Part shown: one piece after another, positions 38,217-49,073 of the stretch | How positions within the stretch are numbered: the stretch's first letter is position 1 | Layout of the letters: each line of letters starts with the position of its first letter | From: Actinomycetales bacterium | Lineage (GTDB): Bacteria; Actinomycetota; Actinomycetes; Actinomycetales; Microbacteriaceae | NCBI GenBank assembly: GCA_038205545.1 | Contig: JBBRBV010000009.1 | Span: 1,913-65,912 of the forward strand | Reading direction: 5' to 3' | Length of the DNA stretch: 64,000 bases | Translations under genes and position numbers: made by a program | The notes under the pieces: model-generated | Told to the model about the DNA's origin: nothing | Seen by the model: the letters and a program-made list of their open reading frames with translations, nothing else | Databases searched by the model: none

Positions 38217-39386
38217 GTGCGGGTTACCCACCTCTCACTGACCGACTTTCGCAATTATGCGAGTGCCGAGGTTGGCTTCGTTTCGGGTTCAAACCTCATC
38301 GTCGGGCGCAATGGCCAGGGTAAGACGAATCTTATCGAGGCACTTGGTTTTCTCAGCACCTTGGGTTCACACCGGGTATCAACCGATAAGGCCATGATTC
38401 GAGCCGGCCAAGAGGTCAGTATCATTCGTGCCAGGCTCGAATACAACGGTCGTGATATTTTGACCGAGGTACAGCTGAACCGCACGGGGCAGAATCGAGC
38501 ACAGGTCAATCGGTCAGTGATCAAGACTCGGGATCTTCCCCGCTACTTCTCGAGTGTGGTGTTTGCTCCCGAGGATCTGGCCCTTGTGCGCGGCGATCCC
38601 TCGGGGCGACGCAAATTTCTCGATCAGCTCCTGGTGCTACGCAGTCCCCGTCTGGCCGCCGTAATCACCGACTACGAGCGAGTGCTCAAACAGCGCAATA
38701 CCCTACTGAAATCGGCCCGGGCATCGGGCATGCGCGGCAATCAGCTCTCGACCCTGGATATTTGGGACGAACGTCTCGTGGAATTTGGTTCGGAGATTAT
38801 CGACGAACGCGCCAAACTCGTGGAGCAGCTTGGTGAACCGCTGCGTGCCGCCTACCGGACCGTCGTGAACGAAGATCACGGACCGGCGATGGTCGCGAGC
38901 CTGAGCATCCTGGGTGCCGACGAAGACGCCGATGCGGGCTCTGTCTCCGCCATGGTGCCTCAGTCTGGATCAGACCCGGTGGCGTCATCCACCACCGAGA
39001 ACTTTCGCATGGCGCTGGTCGGACTGCGTAAACGCGAACTGGAACGGGGCATCACCCTCGCCGGTCCACACCGTGATGACCTGGTCTTCATGCTCAATGG
39101 CCTTCCTGCCAAGGGATATGCCAGCCACGGGGAATCGTGGTCTTTCGCACTGTCGCTGAAACTCGCATCCGCTGCGCTGCTCAGGCAGGATTCGGCCAGT
39201 GGTGATCCGGTACTCATCCTGGATGATGTCTTTGCTGAACTCGACGTAGACCGGCGGGCTCGGTTGGCAGCCGCGATTGGATCGTTTGAACAGGTGTTAA
39301 TTACGGCGGCCGTGCTTGAAGATATTCCTCAAGCCCTGCGCGCACACACGATTCACATCCACGCCGGAGCGGTCGTCGATGGCTGA
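38217..39386 (+). CDS. recF: DNA replication and repair protein RecF
   Basis: 389 aa. Walker A GRNGQGKTNLIEAL, SMC-like signature region. Confidence 0.95.
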   Translation: MRVTHLSLTDFRNYASAEVGFVSGSNLIVGRNGQGKTNLIEALGFLSTLGSHRVSTDKAMIRAGQEVSIIRARLEYNGRDILTEVQLNRTGQNRAQVNRSVIKTRDLPRYFSSVVFAPEDLALVRGDPSGRRKFLDQLLVLRSPRLAAVITDYERVLKQRNTLLKSARASGMRGNQLSTLDIWDERLVEFGSEIIDERAKLVEQLGEPLRAAYRTVVNEDHGPAMVASLSILGADEDADAGSVSAMVPQSGSDPVASSTTENFRMALVGLRKRELERGITLAGPHRDDLVFMLNGLPAKGYASHGESWSFALSLKLASAALLRQDSASGDPVLILDDVFAELDVDRRARLAAAIGSFEQVLITAAVLEDIPQALRAHTIHIHAGAVVDG

Positions 39387-39918
39387 CGACGATGTTCCAC
39401 GTGAAACGAGCGAGCTGACCGATTCTGTGGAATCCACTACCAGTGAAGCGGCTCAGGTGTACCTGCGCTTCAAGAGTATTTTCGGCGATCCGAACGCTCG
39501 CCGCTCACGCGGCCGCAAGCGAATTGCGCCGGTTGCCGGCTCAAGCGTTCCTTTTGGACTGGGTCGCGACCCGCACGGGCTCGGTGACACGATTAACTCA
39601 CTCACCATGCAGCTCGGGTGGAACTCACCCCTGGCTCAATCCGAACTTCTTGCGTCGTGGGCGGAATTGGCCGGTGCAGAAACCGCCAATCATTCAACAC
39701 CGGCCGGAATCGATGACGGTGTGCTCACCGTGCACTGTGAATCGACCGCCTGGGCAACCCAGCTTCGTCTCATGCGCAATGTCATCATGGAACACATTTC
39801 GAATCGGTACCCGGACGCCGGCATCCAATCGATTCGTTTTCAGGGCCCCAACGCACCATCGTGGAAAAAGGGCCCCAGATCAATTCCAGGGCGTGGTCCG
39901 CGCGATACCTATGGGTAG
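39379..39918 (+). CDS. DUF721 (DciA-like) protein
   Basis: ATG 39379 overlaps the recF stop (ATGGCTGA). About 179 aa. The conserved recF-DUF721-gyrB position matches actinobacterial DciA-type helicase-loader candidates. Confidence 0.8.
   Translation: MADDDVPRETSELTDSVESTTSEAAQVYLRFKSIFGDPNARRSRGRKRIAPVAGSSVPFGLGRDPHGLGDTINSLTMQLGWNSPLAQSELLASWAELAGAETANHSTPAGIDDGVLTVHCESTAWATQLRLMRNVIMEHISNRYPDAGIQSIRFQGPNAPSWKKGPRSIPGRGPRDTYG
39393..39408. promoter_or_regulatory. parS site 8, inside the DUF721 5-prime coding region
   Basis: TGTTCCACGTGAAACG. Confidence 0.7.
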
Positions 39919-40038
39919 TCCAACAAATAAGGTCAACGCGTGAACAAAACGCGTCAAACGGCGATTATGGCCGGTTCATCTCCCCCTGTTTGGTAGACTG
40001 AATGGTCGCCCGTGCGATGGTCAGGAGCCTAATTTCAG

Positions 40039-42057
40039 ATGACAGTTGAACCGACGCCCGAACGCACGTCCCCAGATATATCCCCAAACGAGGCGGAGCG
40101 GGAGCCGGAGCACGAGTACGGTGCCGACGATATCCAGGTTCTTGAAGGCCTGGAAGCCGTTCGCAAGCGACCCGGAATGTATATCGGGTCGACCGGACCG
40201 CGCGGATTGCACCACCTCGTCTATGAGATCGTCGACAACTCCGTTGATGAAGCCCTCGCCGGACACTGCGACACCATTGACATTCGCATTCTTGCCGACG
40301 GCGCGATCCGCGTCGAAGATAACGGTCGTGGAATTCCCGTCGATATTCACAAGGCTGAGGGACGGTCGACCGTCGAGGTCGTACTCACGGTTCTGCATGC
40401 CGGCGGTAAGTTTGGCGGCGGCGGCTACGCCGTCTCCGGTGGCCTGCACGGCGTGGGAAGCTCCGTTGTCAATGCCCTGTCGAGCCGCCTCGAGGTTGAG
40501 GTTCGCCGCCAGGGTTTCATTTGGCGACAGAGCTTTGCCAATGGTGTTCCGAACGCACCCCTGGAACAGGGCGAAGCGAACGACGAAACCGGAACGATCA
40601 TCACGTTCTGGCCGAGCGAAGAAACCTTCGAGACGGTCGAATTTGACTACGAGACCCTGCGTGCACGTTTTCAGCAGATGGGCTTTCTCAACAAGGGCCT
40701 GCGGCTCACCCTCACTGATGAGCGGGAAGCTCACCGTACGGACGACGGCAAAGTCGTCACCAACACCTTTAAGTACGATCTGGGCCTCGTCGATTACGTC
40801 GAGTACCTCAACCGCGCCAAGAAGGCTGACCTGGTCAACGACGACATCATCTCGTTTGAGTGGGAAGACCACGAGCGCAAGATGGCCCTGGAAGTCGCTA
40901 TGCAGTGGACGACCGCGTACACCGAGAGCGTGCATACCTACGCGAACACAATCAATACCCACGAGGGGGGTACGCACGAAGAGGGTTTCCGTGCTGCACT
41001 GACGACGCTCGTGAATAGGTACGCCCGCGAGAAGGGCATCCTGAAAGAGAAGGATGACAACCTCACCGGTGACGACGTGCGCGAGGGACTGACCGCAGTC
41101 GTCTCGATCAAGCTCGCCGAACCGCAGTTCGAGGGCCAGACCAAGACCAAGCTCGGTAATACCGAGGCGAAGTCATTCGTGCAGAAGGTCGCCAACGATC
41201 AGATCACCGATTGGTTCAACCGCAACCCGAACCCGGCCCGCGAAATCATTCGTAAATCCCTTCAGGCTTCGAACGCTCGTATGGCGGCTCGAAAAGCCCG
41301 CGAGACCGCGCGACGCAAGGGACTGCTCGAGGGTGGCGGTATGCCCGGCAAGCTCAAGGACTGCCAGAGCAAAGATCCCTCGATCTCCGAGATCTTCATC
41401 GTCGAGGGCGACTCGGCCGGCGGTTCCGCCGTTCAGGGCCGTAACCCGGAAACCCAGGCGATTCTCCCCTTGCGCGGCAAAATCCTCAACGTTGAAAAGG
41501 CTCGGCTTGACCGCGCCCTGGGCAACAACGAGGTGCAGGCCATGATCACAGCGTTCGGTGCCGGGATCGGCGAAGAATTCAACCCAGACAAGGTGCGCTA
41601 CCACAAGATTGTTTTGATGGCCGACGCCGATGTGGACGGTCAACACATCACCACCCTGCTGCTGACCTTACTGTTCCGCTACATGCGGCCGCTGATTGAC
41701 CTCGGCTACGTCTACCTGGCGCAGCCACCGCTCTATCGGCTCAAGTGGACGAATTCGCCGCACCAGTACGTGTACTCTGACGCCGAGCGCGATGCGCTCC
41801 TCGACGATGGTGCCGCCGCTGGTAAGCGCATTCCGAAAGACAATGGAATCCAGCGTTACAAGGGCCTCGGCGAGATGGATTACAAGGAGCTGTGGGAAAC
41901 CACCATGGCGCCCGAATCCCGCACGCTGCTGCAGGTCACCCTGGACGACGCGGCATCCGCCGACGAGATCTTCTCCACCCTGATGGGTGAAGACGTCGAA
42001 TCACGACGCAACTTCATCCAGAAAAACGCGAAGGACGTGCGTTTCCTTGACATCTGA
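40039..42057 (+). CDS. gyrB: DNA gyrase subunit B
   Basis: 672 aa. GHKL ATPase [40 protein letters not shown]. Confidence 0.97.
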   Translation: MTVEPTPERTSPDISPNEAEREPEHEYGADDIQVLEGLEAVRKRPGMYIGSTGPRGLHHLVYEIVDNSVDEALAGHCDTIDIRILADGAIRVEDNGRGIPVDIHKAEGRSTVEVVLTVLHAGGKFGGGGYAVSGGLHGVGSSVVNALSSRLEVEVRRQGFIWRQSFANGVPNAPLEQGEANDETGTIITFWPSEETFETVEFDYETLRARFQQMGFLNKGLRLTLTDEREAHRTDDGKVVTNTFKYDLGLVDYVEYLNRAKKADLVNDDIISFEWEDHERKMALEVAMQWTTAYTESVHTYANTINTHEGGTHEEGFRAALTTLVNRYAREKGILKEKDDNLTGDDVREGLTAVVSIKLAEPQFEGQTKTKLGNTEAKSFVQKVANDQITDWFNRNPNPAREIIRKSLQASNARMAARKARETARRKGLLEGGGMPGKLKDCQSKDPSISEIFIVEGDSAGGSAVQGRNPETQAILPLRGKILNVEKARLDRALGNNEVQAMITAFGAGIGEEFNPDKVRYHKIVLMADADVDGQHITTLLLTLLFRYMRPLIDLGYVYLAQPPLYRLKWTNSPHQYVYSDAERDALLDDGAAAGKRIPKDNGIQRYKGLGEMDYKELWETTMAPESRTLLQVTLDDAASADEIFSTLMGEDVESRRNFIQKNAKDVRFLDI

Positions 42058-42097
42058 CGACACCACGGGCAACCCCGACGGGACCAACCCCGAGGAG

Positions 42098-44698
42098 ATG
42101 GCAGCGACGGCCGCCGCAGCTGCAGCTCACCTCGTGCAGCACGGCAAGATCGACCAGGTCGACCTGCAGCTGGAAATGCAGCGCTCCTACCTCGACTACG
42201 CAATGAGTGTGATCGTCGGGCGTGCGCTGCCCGACGTGCGTGACGGTATGAAGCCCGTGCACCGTCGTGTGATCTACGCCATGTTTGACGGCGGATATCG
42301 TCCCGATAAGGCGTTCTCCAAGTGTGCCCGCGTGGTCGGCGACGTCATGGGCCAGTTCCACCCGCACGGTGACTCCTCAATCTATGACGCGCTCGTGCGC
42401 CTTGTTCAGCCGTGGAGCCTGCGGTATCCGCTCGCCCTCGGCCAGGGAAACTTCGGTTCCCCGGGCAACGACGGGGCCGCCGCCCCGCGATACACCGAAA
42501 CGAAAATGGCACCGCTCGCGCTGGAAATGGTGCGCGACATCGACGAGGACACCGTCGATTTTCAAGATAATTACGACGGCCGCACCCTCGAACCGACCGT
42601 GCTGCCGGCCCGGTTTCCGAACCTGCTGGTCAACGGCTCGGTCGGTATCGCCGTGGGCATGGCCACCAACATTCCGCCACACAACCTGCGCGAGGTCGCT
42701 GCGGGTGCCCAGTGGTTCCTTGAAAACCCTGAAGCCAGCCGTGAGGAGCTTCTTGAAGCGCTGATTGTGCGCATCAAGGGCCCCGATTTTCCCACTGGCG
42801 CTCAGGTTCTGGGTGTGAAGGGCATTCACGATGCCTATCGCACCGGCCGTGGCTCCATCACGATGCGTGCCGTGGTCAGCATTGAAGAGTTGCAGGGGCG
42901 CACCTGCCTGGTCATTACCGAGCTGCCCTATCAGGTCAACCCCGACAATCTCGCGATCAAGATTGCCGACCTGGTCAAGGATGCCAAGATCAGCGGAATC
43001 GCGGACATTCGCGACGAAACCAGCGGTCGCACCGGCCAGCGCCTCGTGATCGTGCTCAAGCGCGACGCGGTCGCCAAGGTCGTGTTGAACAACCTGTACA
43101 AGCACACGCAGCTACAAGAAAACTTCGGCGCCAACATGCTCGCCATCGTCGACGGCGTGCCGCGCACTCTCTCCCTCGACGGATTCATCTCGGCCTGGGT
43201 TGCGCACCAGATCGAGGTCATCGTTCGGCGCACCCAATTCCGACTGAATAAGGCCGAAGCGGATGCCCACATTCTGCGCGGCTACCTCAAGGCGCTGGAT
43301 GCGCTCGATGAGGTGATCGCGCTCATCCGTCGGTCAAACACGGTCGACGACGCCCGTGAAGGCCTCATGGACCTGCTCGACGTCGACAAACTGCAGGCTG
43401 ACGCCATCCTCACCATGCAGCTGCGTCGCCTCGCTGCCTTGGAGCGCCAGAAAATTATCGACCAGGCCGCCGAACTCGAACTGCAGATCGCGGAGTTCAA
43501 GTCGATTCTGGCCAGCCCTGAGCGTCAGCGCACGATCATCAGCGAAGAACTCGCTGAGATCACCGCGAAGTTCGGCGACGACCGCCGCACCGAAATCATG
43601 CTCGGCTTTGACGGCGATATGTCGATCGAAGACCTCATTCCGGAAGAGGAGATGGTCGTCACCGTCACCCGCGGCGGTTACATCAAACGCACCCGCAGTG
43701 ACAATTATCGTAATCAGCACCGCGGAGGCAAGGGCGTCAAGGGTGCCCAACTGCGGGCCGATGACGTTGTCGAACACTTCTTTGTCACTACGACGCACCA
43801 CTGGCTGCTGTTCTTCACTAACACCGGCCGGGTCTACCGCGCCAAGGCCTACGAAGCCCAGGAGAGCGGCCGTGATGCCAAGGGCCAGCACGTTGCGAAC
43901 CTGCTCGCCTTGCAGCCGGGCGAAGAGATTGCCCAAATTCTTGATATTCGCGACTACGAGGTTGCCCAATACCTCACCCTTGCGACCCGCGACGGGTTGA
44001 TCAAGAAGACCGCTCTGCGCGAATACGACACCAACCGTACCGGTGGCATTATCGCGATCAAGTTGCGCGAGGGCGACGAACTCGTTTCGGCGTTGCTCGT
44101 CGAAGACGATTCCGACCTGATGCTGGTCTCCCGCAAGGGCATGTCGATTCGCTTCACGGCCACCGACGAGGCATTACGCCCCATGGGCCGCAGCACGTCC
44201 GGCGTGATCGGTATGCACTTCCGCGGCGAGGATACCCTGCTCGACGCAGCTGTCATCAATGACAACGGATACGTCTTCGTGGTCACCGAAGGTGGCTATG
44301 CCAAGCGCACCGCCGCCGACCAGTATCGGCTGCAGAATCGGGGCGGCCTCGGCATCAAGGTGGCCAAACTCAATGACGACCGGGGCGATCTGGTCGGCTC
44401 GTTGATCGTGAACGCCGAGGACGAGGTTTTGGTCGTTCTTGCCAGCGGCAAGGTGGTACGCTCTCACGTCGCCGAAGTTCCGGCCAAGGGTCGGGACACG
44501 ATGGGCGTGGTATTCGCTAAATTTGCGAATGAAGACAGAATCATTTCCATCGCGAAAAACAGCGAACGAAATCTGGTCACCATTGACGAAGATGGCGTAA
44601 CGCACATTGACACACCGGTTAGTGCGCTCGCCAGCAGTGCCGAAGACGGCGCGGATTTCGAACGTGATTCAGGGAAAGTAGAGACACCGAATGAGTAG
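42098..44698 (+). CDS. gyrA: DNA gyrase subunit A
   Basis: [28 protein letters not shown], catalytic Tyr region, C-terminal beta-pinwheel. ATG 42098 is preferred. TTG 42047 is an alternative. The track start 41987 overlaps gyrB. Confidence 0.95.
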   Translation: MAATAAAAAAHLVQHGKIDQVDLQLEMQRSYLDYAMSVIVGRALPDVRDGMKPVHRRVIYAMFDGGYRPDKAFSKCARVVGDVMGQFHPHGDSSIYDALVRLVQPWSLRYPLALGQGNFGSPGNDGAAAPRYTETKMAPLALEMVRDIDEDTVDFQDNYDGRTLEPTVLPARFPNLLVNGSVGIAVGMATNIPPHNLREVAAGAQWFLENPEASREELLEALIVRIKGPDFPTGAQVLGVKGIHDAYRTGRGSITMRAVVSIEELQGRTCLVITELPYQVNPDNLAIKIADLVKDAKISGIADIRDETSGRTGQRLVIVLKRDAVAKVVLNNLYKHTQLQENFGANMLAIVDGVPRTLSLDGFISAWVAHQIEVIVRRTQFRLNKAEADAHILRGYLKALDALDEVIALIRRSNTVDDAREGLMDLLDVDKLQADAILTMQLRRLAALERQKIIDQAAELELQIAEFKSILASPERQRTIISEELAEITAKFGDDRRTEIMLGFDGDMSIEDLIPEEEMVVTVTRGGYIKRTRSDNYRNQHRGGKGVKGAQLRADDVVEHFFVTTTHHWLLFFTNTGRVYRAKAYEAQESGRDAKGQHVANLLALQPGEEIAQILDIRDYEVAQYLTLATRDGLIKKTALREYDTNRTGGIIAIKLREGDELVSALLVEDDSDLMLVSRKGMSIRFTATDEALRPMGRSTSGVIGMHFRGEDTLLDAAVINDNGYVFVVTEGGYAKRTAADQYRLQNRGGLGIKVAKLNDDRGDLVGSLIVNAEDEVLVVLASGKVVRSHVAEVPAKGRDTMGVVFAKFANEDRIISIAKNSERNLVTIDEDGVTHIDTPVSALASSAEDGADFERDSGKVETPNE

Positions 44699-45095
44699 CG
44701 TCGCTGAAAAACTCGCCAAGAAGTCGACTCGCAAGACCGCGAGCAAGCAGGTTCGTCTCAAACTGGTCTACGTCGACTTCTGGTCGAGCGTGAAACTGGC
44801 TTTTCTGGTGGCGGTGTGCCTCGGTATCGTCACGATCGTGGCGACTTTTCTGACGTACACGGTGCTCGTGCAGACCGAGGTGCTGACTAAGGTTGACGAC
44901 CTGTACGCCACGGTAGCGGGAGAATCGGCCGACCTGGCCGCCATCCTCTCCATCGGGAACGTTATGGGCTTCGCCGTCGTCGTGGCGGTGCTGAACATGG
45001 TTGTGGTCACCGCGCTCGGGGCCATCTACGCCGTGCTCTACAACCTGAGCGTTAAACTCACTGGCGGATTGCTCGTGGGATTCACCAATAACTAG
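44691..45095 (+). CDS. DUF3566-like membrane protein downstream of gyrA
   Basis: 134 aa. Basic N-terminus and two TM segments. Start overlaps the gyrA stop. Conserved actinobacterial position. Confidence 0.8.
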   Translation: MSSVAEKLAKKSTRKTASKQVRLKLVYVDFWSSVKLAFLVAVCLGIVTIVATFLTYTVLVQTEVLTKVDDLYATVAGESADLAAILSIGNVMGFAVVVAVLNMVVVTALGAIYAVLYNLSVKLTGGLLVGFTNN

Positions 45096-45261
45096 ATCCT
45101 CAAGAAAGCTAGTCGCAGCACGACTTTCTAAGAACCATCGAGGGCTGTTTCTCCCCCCTGAAATAGCTCGGACGAACCGAATTCTCGGTGAATGTCCGGA
45201 GGGTGAGTGACTCGATTTCAGGTTCCGGCCAGATTCCGGTAGTCTTCAATCTGCCCAAGAG

Positions 45262-45335
45262 GGGGATATAGCTCAGTTGGTTAGAGCGCTTCACTGATAA
45301 TGAAGAGGTCCCAGGTTCAAATCCCGGTATCCCCA
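45262..45335 (+). tRNA. tRNA-Ile (anticodon GAT)
   Basis: Acceptor stem GGGGATA/TATCCCC, anticodon loop CTGATAA, T-arm GGTTCAAATCC. CCA not encoded. Confidence 0.93.
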
Positions 45336-45392
45336 CGCAGTACCAGATTCATTCCGATATTCAGTGGGAACTGAAGCTCGGCCTGAGAAATC

Positions 45393-45465
45393 GGGGCCAT
45401 AGCTCAATTGGTAGAGCGCCTGCTTTGCAAGCAGGAGGTCCGGGGTTCGATTCCCCGTGGCTCCA
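45393..45465 (+). tRNA. tRNA-Ala (anticodon TGC)
   Basis: Acceptor GGGGCCA/TGGCTCC with the G3:U70 identity pair, anticodon loop TTTGCAA, T-arm GGTTCGATTCC. Confidence 0.93.
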
Positions 45466-45476
45466 CAGTTCAGGTG

Positions 45477-45504
45477 AAAGGCCCGTCTTCGGACGGGCCT
45501 TTTT
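45477..45504 (+). terminator. intrinsic terminator after tRNA-Ala
   Basis: AAAGGCCCGTC-TTCG-GACGGGCCTTT followed by TT. Confidence 0.8.
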
Positions 45505-45539
45505 CGTTCATCTCCCGGCGTCAGCATCCGTTAACGACG

Positions 45540-45570
45540 CAGGGCCCGCATCCAGCGGATGCGGGCCCTG
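45540..45570. terminator. perfect 14-bp hairpin between tRNA-Ala and the convergent minus-strand gene
   Basis: CAGGGCCCGCATCC-AGC-GGATGCGGGCCCTG, 23 nt past the stop of 45593..46120. Confidence 0.6.
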
Positions 45571-45592
45571 CACGAGCTGGTGAACGGCTGCC

Positions 45593-46120
45593 CTAGTCTT
45601 CCTGGCGCGTGGCCGGTTCGACCTCGTCGTCAGCGACCCAGAGTTCGTCGTCGGCACGGAATGTCTGCCAAACGGCGTAGGCGACGCCCAGAGCGGCAAC
45701 GACGGCCAGACCGAGGGCGAAGTAGGTTCCAGCTCCCGGGCCCTTGGGTTCGACGACAACGGGCTTTTGCAGGCGGATACGACCCAGTGCGGCCCGCACG
45801 CGGGCGTCGCGAGCGACGTCCCCAATGGACATCACAGTGCCGATGGCCGAACCGATGCCGGGAAGAACATCGTTGACGACGCGGCGGCGCACACCGTCGG
45901 CAGCGTCCTGCGTGGCGGTGACGCCCGGGCGGACGTAGTGGTCGTAACCCTTGCGTACGCGCGGGGCCACTTCTTCACGTGCCAGGACGCCGGCCTCTTG
46001 CCCGGCCTTGCGAGCGAGTACGTTCGCTCGCTCCAATACTTCTTGTTGGTGGCTCCATAGTTCGTCTGCGCTTTTGCGCAGCCGAGTGAGTTCCTTGCGG
46101 CGCTTGCGTGACAGGCTCAT
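45593..46120 (-). CDS. hypothetical membrane-anchored protein
   Basis: 175 aa. Charged helical N-terminus, one TM near the C-terminus (GTYFALGLAVVAALGVAYAVW), acidic tail. No family recognised. Confidence 0.65.
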   Translation of the reverse strand: MSLSRKRRKELTRLRKSADELWSHQQEVLERANVLARKAGQEAGVLAREEVAPRVRKGYDHYVRPGVTATQDAADGVRRRVVNDVLPGIGSAIGTVMSIGDVARDARVRAALGRIRLQKPVVVEPKGPGAGTYFALGLAVVAALGVAYAVWQTFRADDELWVADDEVEPATRQED

Positions 46121-46271
46121 CTGGACCCTCCATTTGTTTGTGTGGCTAATGTGTATCTATCTTGCCACTGAGTGCCCATCTTGCCACTCAATCGCCGTGT
46201 TGCCAGCGAATGCACTGGGAGCCGGTGCCGGCAATCAGAATCGGTGGAGATTGCTGTGCAAGAATCGATGT

Positions 46272-46811
46272 ATGTCTAAGCACACCGCTGTCGCCACCCT
46301 GAACACCACCCTCGGACCGATCAAGGTCAATCTTTTCGGCAATCACGCGCCGAAGACGGTCAAGAACTTCGTCGGCCTCGCAACCGGCGAGCTTGAGTGG
46401 AAGCACCCCGCTACGGGCGTCGCGTCCACCACGCCGCTTTACGATGGCACGATCTTTCACCGCATTATCAAAGACTTCATGATTCAGGCCGGCGACCCGC
46501 TCGGCCAGGGCACAGGTGGCCCCGGCTACCAGTTCGATGACGAAATCAGCCCCGACCTCGACTTCACCCAGCCCTACGTGCTCGCCATGGCCAACGCGGG
46601 TACCCAGGGCGGCCACGGCACGAATGGTTCACAGTTCTTCATTACCGTCGTACCGACCACCTGGCTGCAGGGCAAGCACACCATCTTCGGAGCCGTTGAA
46701 GACGAGGACAGCCGTGCGATCGTCGCGAAGCTTGCCACCGTCGCCACCGACGGTCGCGACCGTCCGCTCGAGGACGTCTCCATTCAGAGCGTCTCCGTCG
46801 AGTCCGTCTAA
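46272..46811 (+). CDS. ppiA: peptidyl-prolyl cis-trans isomerase, cyclophilin type
   Basis: ATG 46272 (MSKHTAVATLNTTLGPIKVNLF). FHRIIKDFMIQAGDP, GTNGSQFFIT. Confidence 0.94.
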   Translation: MSKHTAVATLNTTLGPIKVNLFGNHAPKTVKNFVGLATGELEWKHPATGVASTTPLYDGTIFHRIIKDFMIQAGDPLGQGTGGPGYQFDDEISPDLDFTQPYVLAMANAGTQGGHGTNGSQFFITVVPTTWLQGKHTIFGAVEDEDSRAIVAKLATVATDGRDRPLEDVSIQSVSVESV

Positions 46812-46829
46812 CCAGCACATCTTTGCAGA

Positions 46830-47666
46830 ATGAGCGATCTGCCGACCTCGGCGGCGAATTTTTGTTACCGTCACCCGGGGCGGCAGAGCTTCATTCTGTG
46901 TCAGCGTTGTGGACGCACCATCTGCGCGGAGTGTCAGACTCAGGCAGCCGTCGGGGTTGTCTGCCCTGAGTGCATGCGCGAGCAACGCAAGAATGCTCCC
47001 CGAACGAAGCCGGCAGTTCTTACCCGCTTGACGGGCAGTGGGCAGCCCACGGTGACGTATTCCATTATCGGAATCACTCTTTTCGTGTACCTGCTGCAAT
47101 TCGTGTTTGGTTCTCAACTCACCAGTCTGCTGTGGTACGCCGGGGTGTACGCTCAGCCCGGCAGCTTTGAGCCGTGGCGCCTGCTCAGCACCGCCCTCGT
47201 ACACGGATCCATTTTTCACGTCCTACTAAACATGTACACGCTCTGGATCTTTGGCCAGTTCCTCGAAGACCTTCTCGGGCGCGGTCGCTATCTCGCGCTA
47301 TACCTTCTGAGCGCGTTGGCTGGTTCACTCGGCGTATTGTTTCTGGCGGATCCTTTCACACCCGTTGTGGGCGCATCCGGTGCCATTTTCGGCCTCATGG
47401 GCGCGTTCCTGGTGATCCAGCGCCGACTGGGCGGCAATGCCAAGCAATTGCTCGTGCTGATCGGGATCAACCTCGTGATCGGATTCATCCCTGGGCTCAA
47501 TATTGCCTGGCAGGCTCACGTCGGCGGAATCATCGGCGGAGCCCTGCTCGGTCTGATCTACGTGCAGACGCGGCGCATACGACAGAAATCGCTGCAGGTC
47601 GGGCTGATCGGCGCATTCGCTGCCGTGCTGGTGCTCTTGAGCTTCGCCCGCTTCCTCGTGAACTAG
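46830..47666 (+). CDS. rhomboid-family intramembrane serine protease with N-terminal zinc ribbon
   Basis: 278 aa. CxxC...CxxC pairs (CQRCGRTICAEC...CPEC), catalytic GASGAIFG and a downstream His in a TM segment. Confidence 0.9.
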   Translation: MSDLPTSAANFCYRHPGRQSFILCQRCGRTICAECQTQAAVGVVCPECMREQRKNAPRTKPAVLTRLTGSGQPTVTYSIIGITLFVYLLQFVFGSQLTSLLWYAGVYAQPGSFEPWRLLSTALVHGSIFHVLLNMYTLWIFGQFLEDLLGRGRYLALYLLSALAGSLGVLFLADPFTPVVGASGAIFGLMGAFLVIQRRLGGNAKQLLVLIGINLVIGFIPGLNIAWQAHVGGIIGGALLGLIYVQTRRIRQKSLQVGLIGAFAAVLVLLSFARFLVN

Positions 47667-47723
47667 CGGGCCAGGGGGAGCACCGGCGGCTTACGGGCAG
47701 CCTACGGGTTGCTCACGGTCGAG

Positions 47724-47753
47724 TTATCCACAGGTCTATCCACATGGGGATAA
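47724..47753. promoter_or_regulatory. cluster of three DnaA-box-like 9-mers in a convergent intergenic spacer
   Basis: Perfect TTATCCACA (47724-47732), CTATCCACA (47736-47744) and inverted TGGGGATAA (47745-47753). Confidence 0.5.
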
Positions 47754-47855
47754 TTACACCCGTGTCATTACCCGTCTTAAACCCCGACGGTAGCCGGTCA
47801 GGCAAGACTCGGTGATGTTTCGATGTGGGGTTGGTGACAGTTTGGGGTCGCTGGA

Positions 47856-48101
47856 TCAGCGCCAGCGGGTTGTCATGAGAAAGCCAATGAAAGCGATTCC
47901 GAAGCCGACCAAAATGTTCATGGCACCGAGTCCCGCTATGGGTAGCTGGCTGCCACTGACGTAAAACACGATAATCCAAGCCAGGCCGATCAGCATGAAA
48001 CCAAACATGACCGGTTTGAACCAGACGGCATTGGGCGCGTCCTCGCTCGAGCGGGCGACTTCAGTGCGGGCGGGCCGGGTGCGGGGATTCTTACGTGCCA
48101 T
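47856..48101 (-). CDS. crgA: cell division protein CrgA
   Basis: 81 aa, two TM. NAVWFKPVMFGFMLIGLAWIIVFY...TTRWR is typical of CrgA. Confidence 0.92.
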   Translation of the reverse strand: MARKNPRTRPARTEVARSSEDAPNAVWFKPVMFGFMLIGLAWIIVFYVSGSQLPIAGLGAMNILVGFGIAFIGFLMTTRWR

Positions 48102-48182
48102 GGTGTGATCCTACCGTCTCAGCCTGTTCGAGTGGATTTCGTGCGGAGTCGGAAGGGTGTGTCAGGTCAGTAGACTTGGAGT

Positions 48183-49064
48183 ATGTGTCCACGCGCTGAC
48201 GATTCCGCCGCGTCCGTGCCCGACGGAACGCCGGTAGTGCCGGACGCGATGGTTGGCAACGACACAACAGCTGCGGAGGGTGCCAAGCGACCGCGTCGGC
48301 CTAAATCGGGCAAGATCACCGTCGTCGGAGTGCTGGGTGAGGTGCTCATCACCGCGGGCGCACTCGTGCTGCTCTTTCTGGGCTGGCAGCTCTGGTGGAA
48401 TGACATGATCATGGCCAACTCGCAATCGGATGCGGCGAGCCAGATCAGTCAGGACTGGTTAGCGCGGGACACCTCGATGCCCAAACCCGTGCCGAGCGTT
48501 GACCCGGCTGAACCGACCATAGTGGCGGCACCCGTCGACCATGGAGCCCCGATTGTGGCCGACGCTCCCGCGAACACCACAGCCTTCGCGGTCTTGTACG
48601 TGCCGCGTTTCGGCGCCGACTATCACCGCACCATTGCTGAAGGAACCGGCCACGATGTGTTGAACAGCAATCGTCTCGGTATCGGGCACTATTCGGGCAC
48701 GCAGATGCCGGGCGAGGTTGGAAACTTCGCTGTTGCCGCGCACCGCAGTGCTTTCGGTGGCGGCATGCACCTGATCAACGAACTGCAGCTCGGTGATGCA
48801 ATCTACGTGCAAACCGCCGATGGGTATTATACGTACCGGTACCGCGACACCGAGTATGTCGCGCCGTCACAGGTGCAGGTGCTGGCAGCCGTTCCGAATA
48901 ATCCCAACGGAAGTGCGGTTGACCCCATCATCACCCTGACCAGCTGCAACCCACTATATTCCACGGCGGAACGGATCATCGCCTACGGCGTGCTCGAATC
49001 GTGGCAACCTCTCTCGGCCGGTGCTCCGGCCGAGCTCGCCCCGATCATCGCAGCCCAGGGCTAG
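48183..49064 (+). CDS. class E sortase
   Basis: 293 aa. N-terminal TM, catalytic His region, TLTSCNP (TLxTC) motif. The start may be further downstream. Confidence 0.88.
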   Translation: MCPRADDSAASVPDGTPVVPDAMVGNDTTAAEGAKRPRRPKSGKITVVGVLGEVLITAGALVLLFLGWQLWWNDMIMANSQSDAASQISQDWLARDTSMPKPVPSVDPAEPTIVAAPVDHGAPIVADAPANTTAFAVLYVPRFGADYHRTIAEGTGHDVLNSNRLGIGHYSGTQMPGEVGNFAVAAHRSAFGGGMHLINELQLGDAIYVQTADGYYTYRYRDTEYVAPSQVQVLAAVPNNPNGSAVDPIITLTSCNPLYSTAERIIAYGVLESWQPLSAGAPAELAPIIAAQG

Positions 49065-49073
49065 GAGGCTCTC

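Noticed and set aside
40021-41002. Two 318-aa ORFs (40021..40977 minus, 40046..41002 plus) inside gyrB
   Set aside because: They are alternative frames or the opposite strand of gyrB, whose frame has unmistakable GHKL/TOPRIM motifs. They are artefacts of GC-rich sequence.
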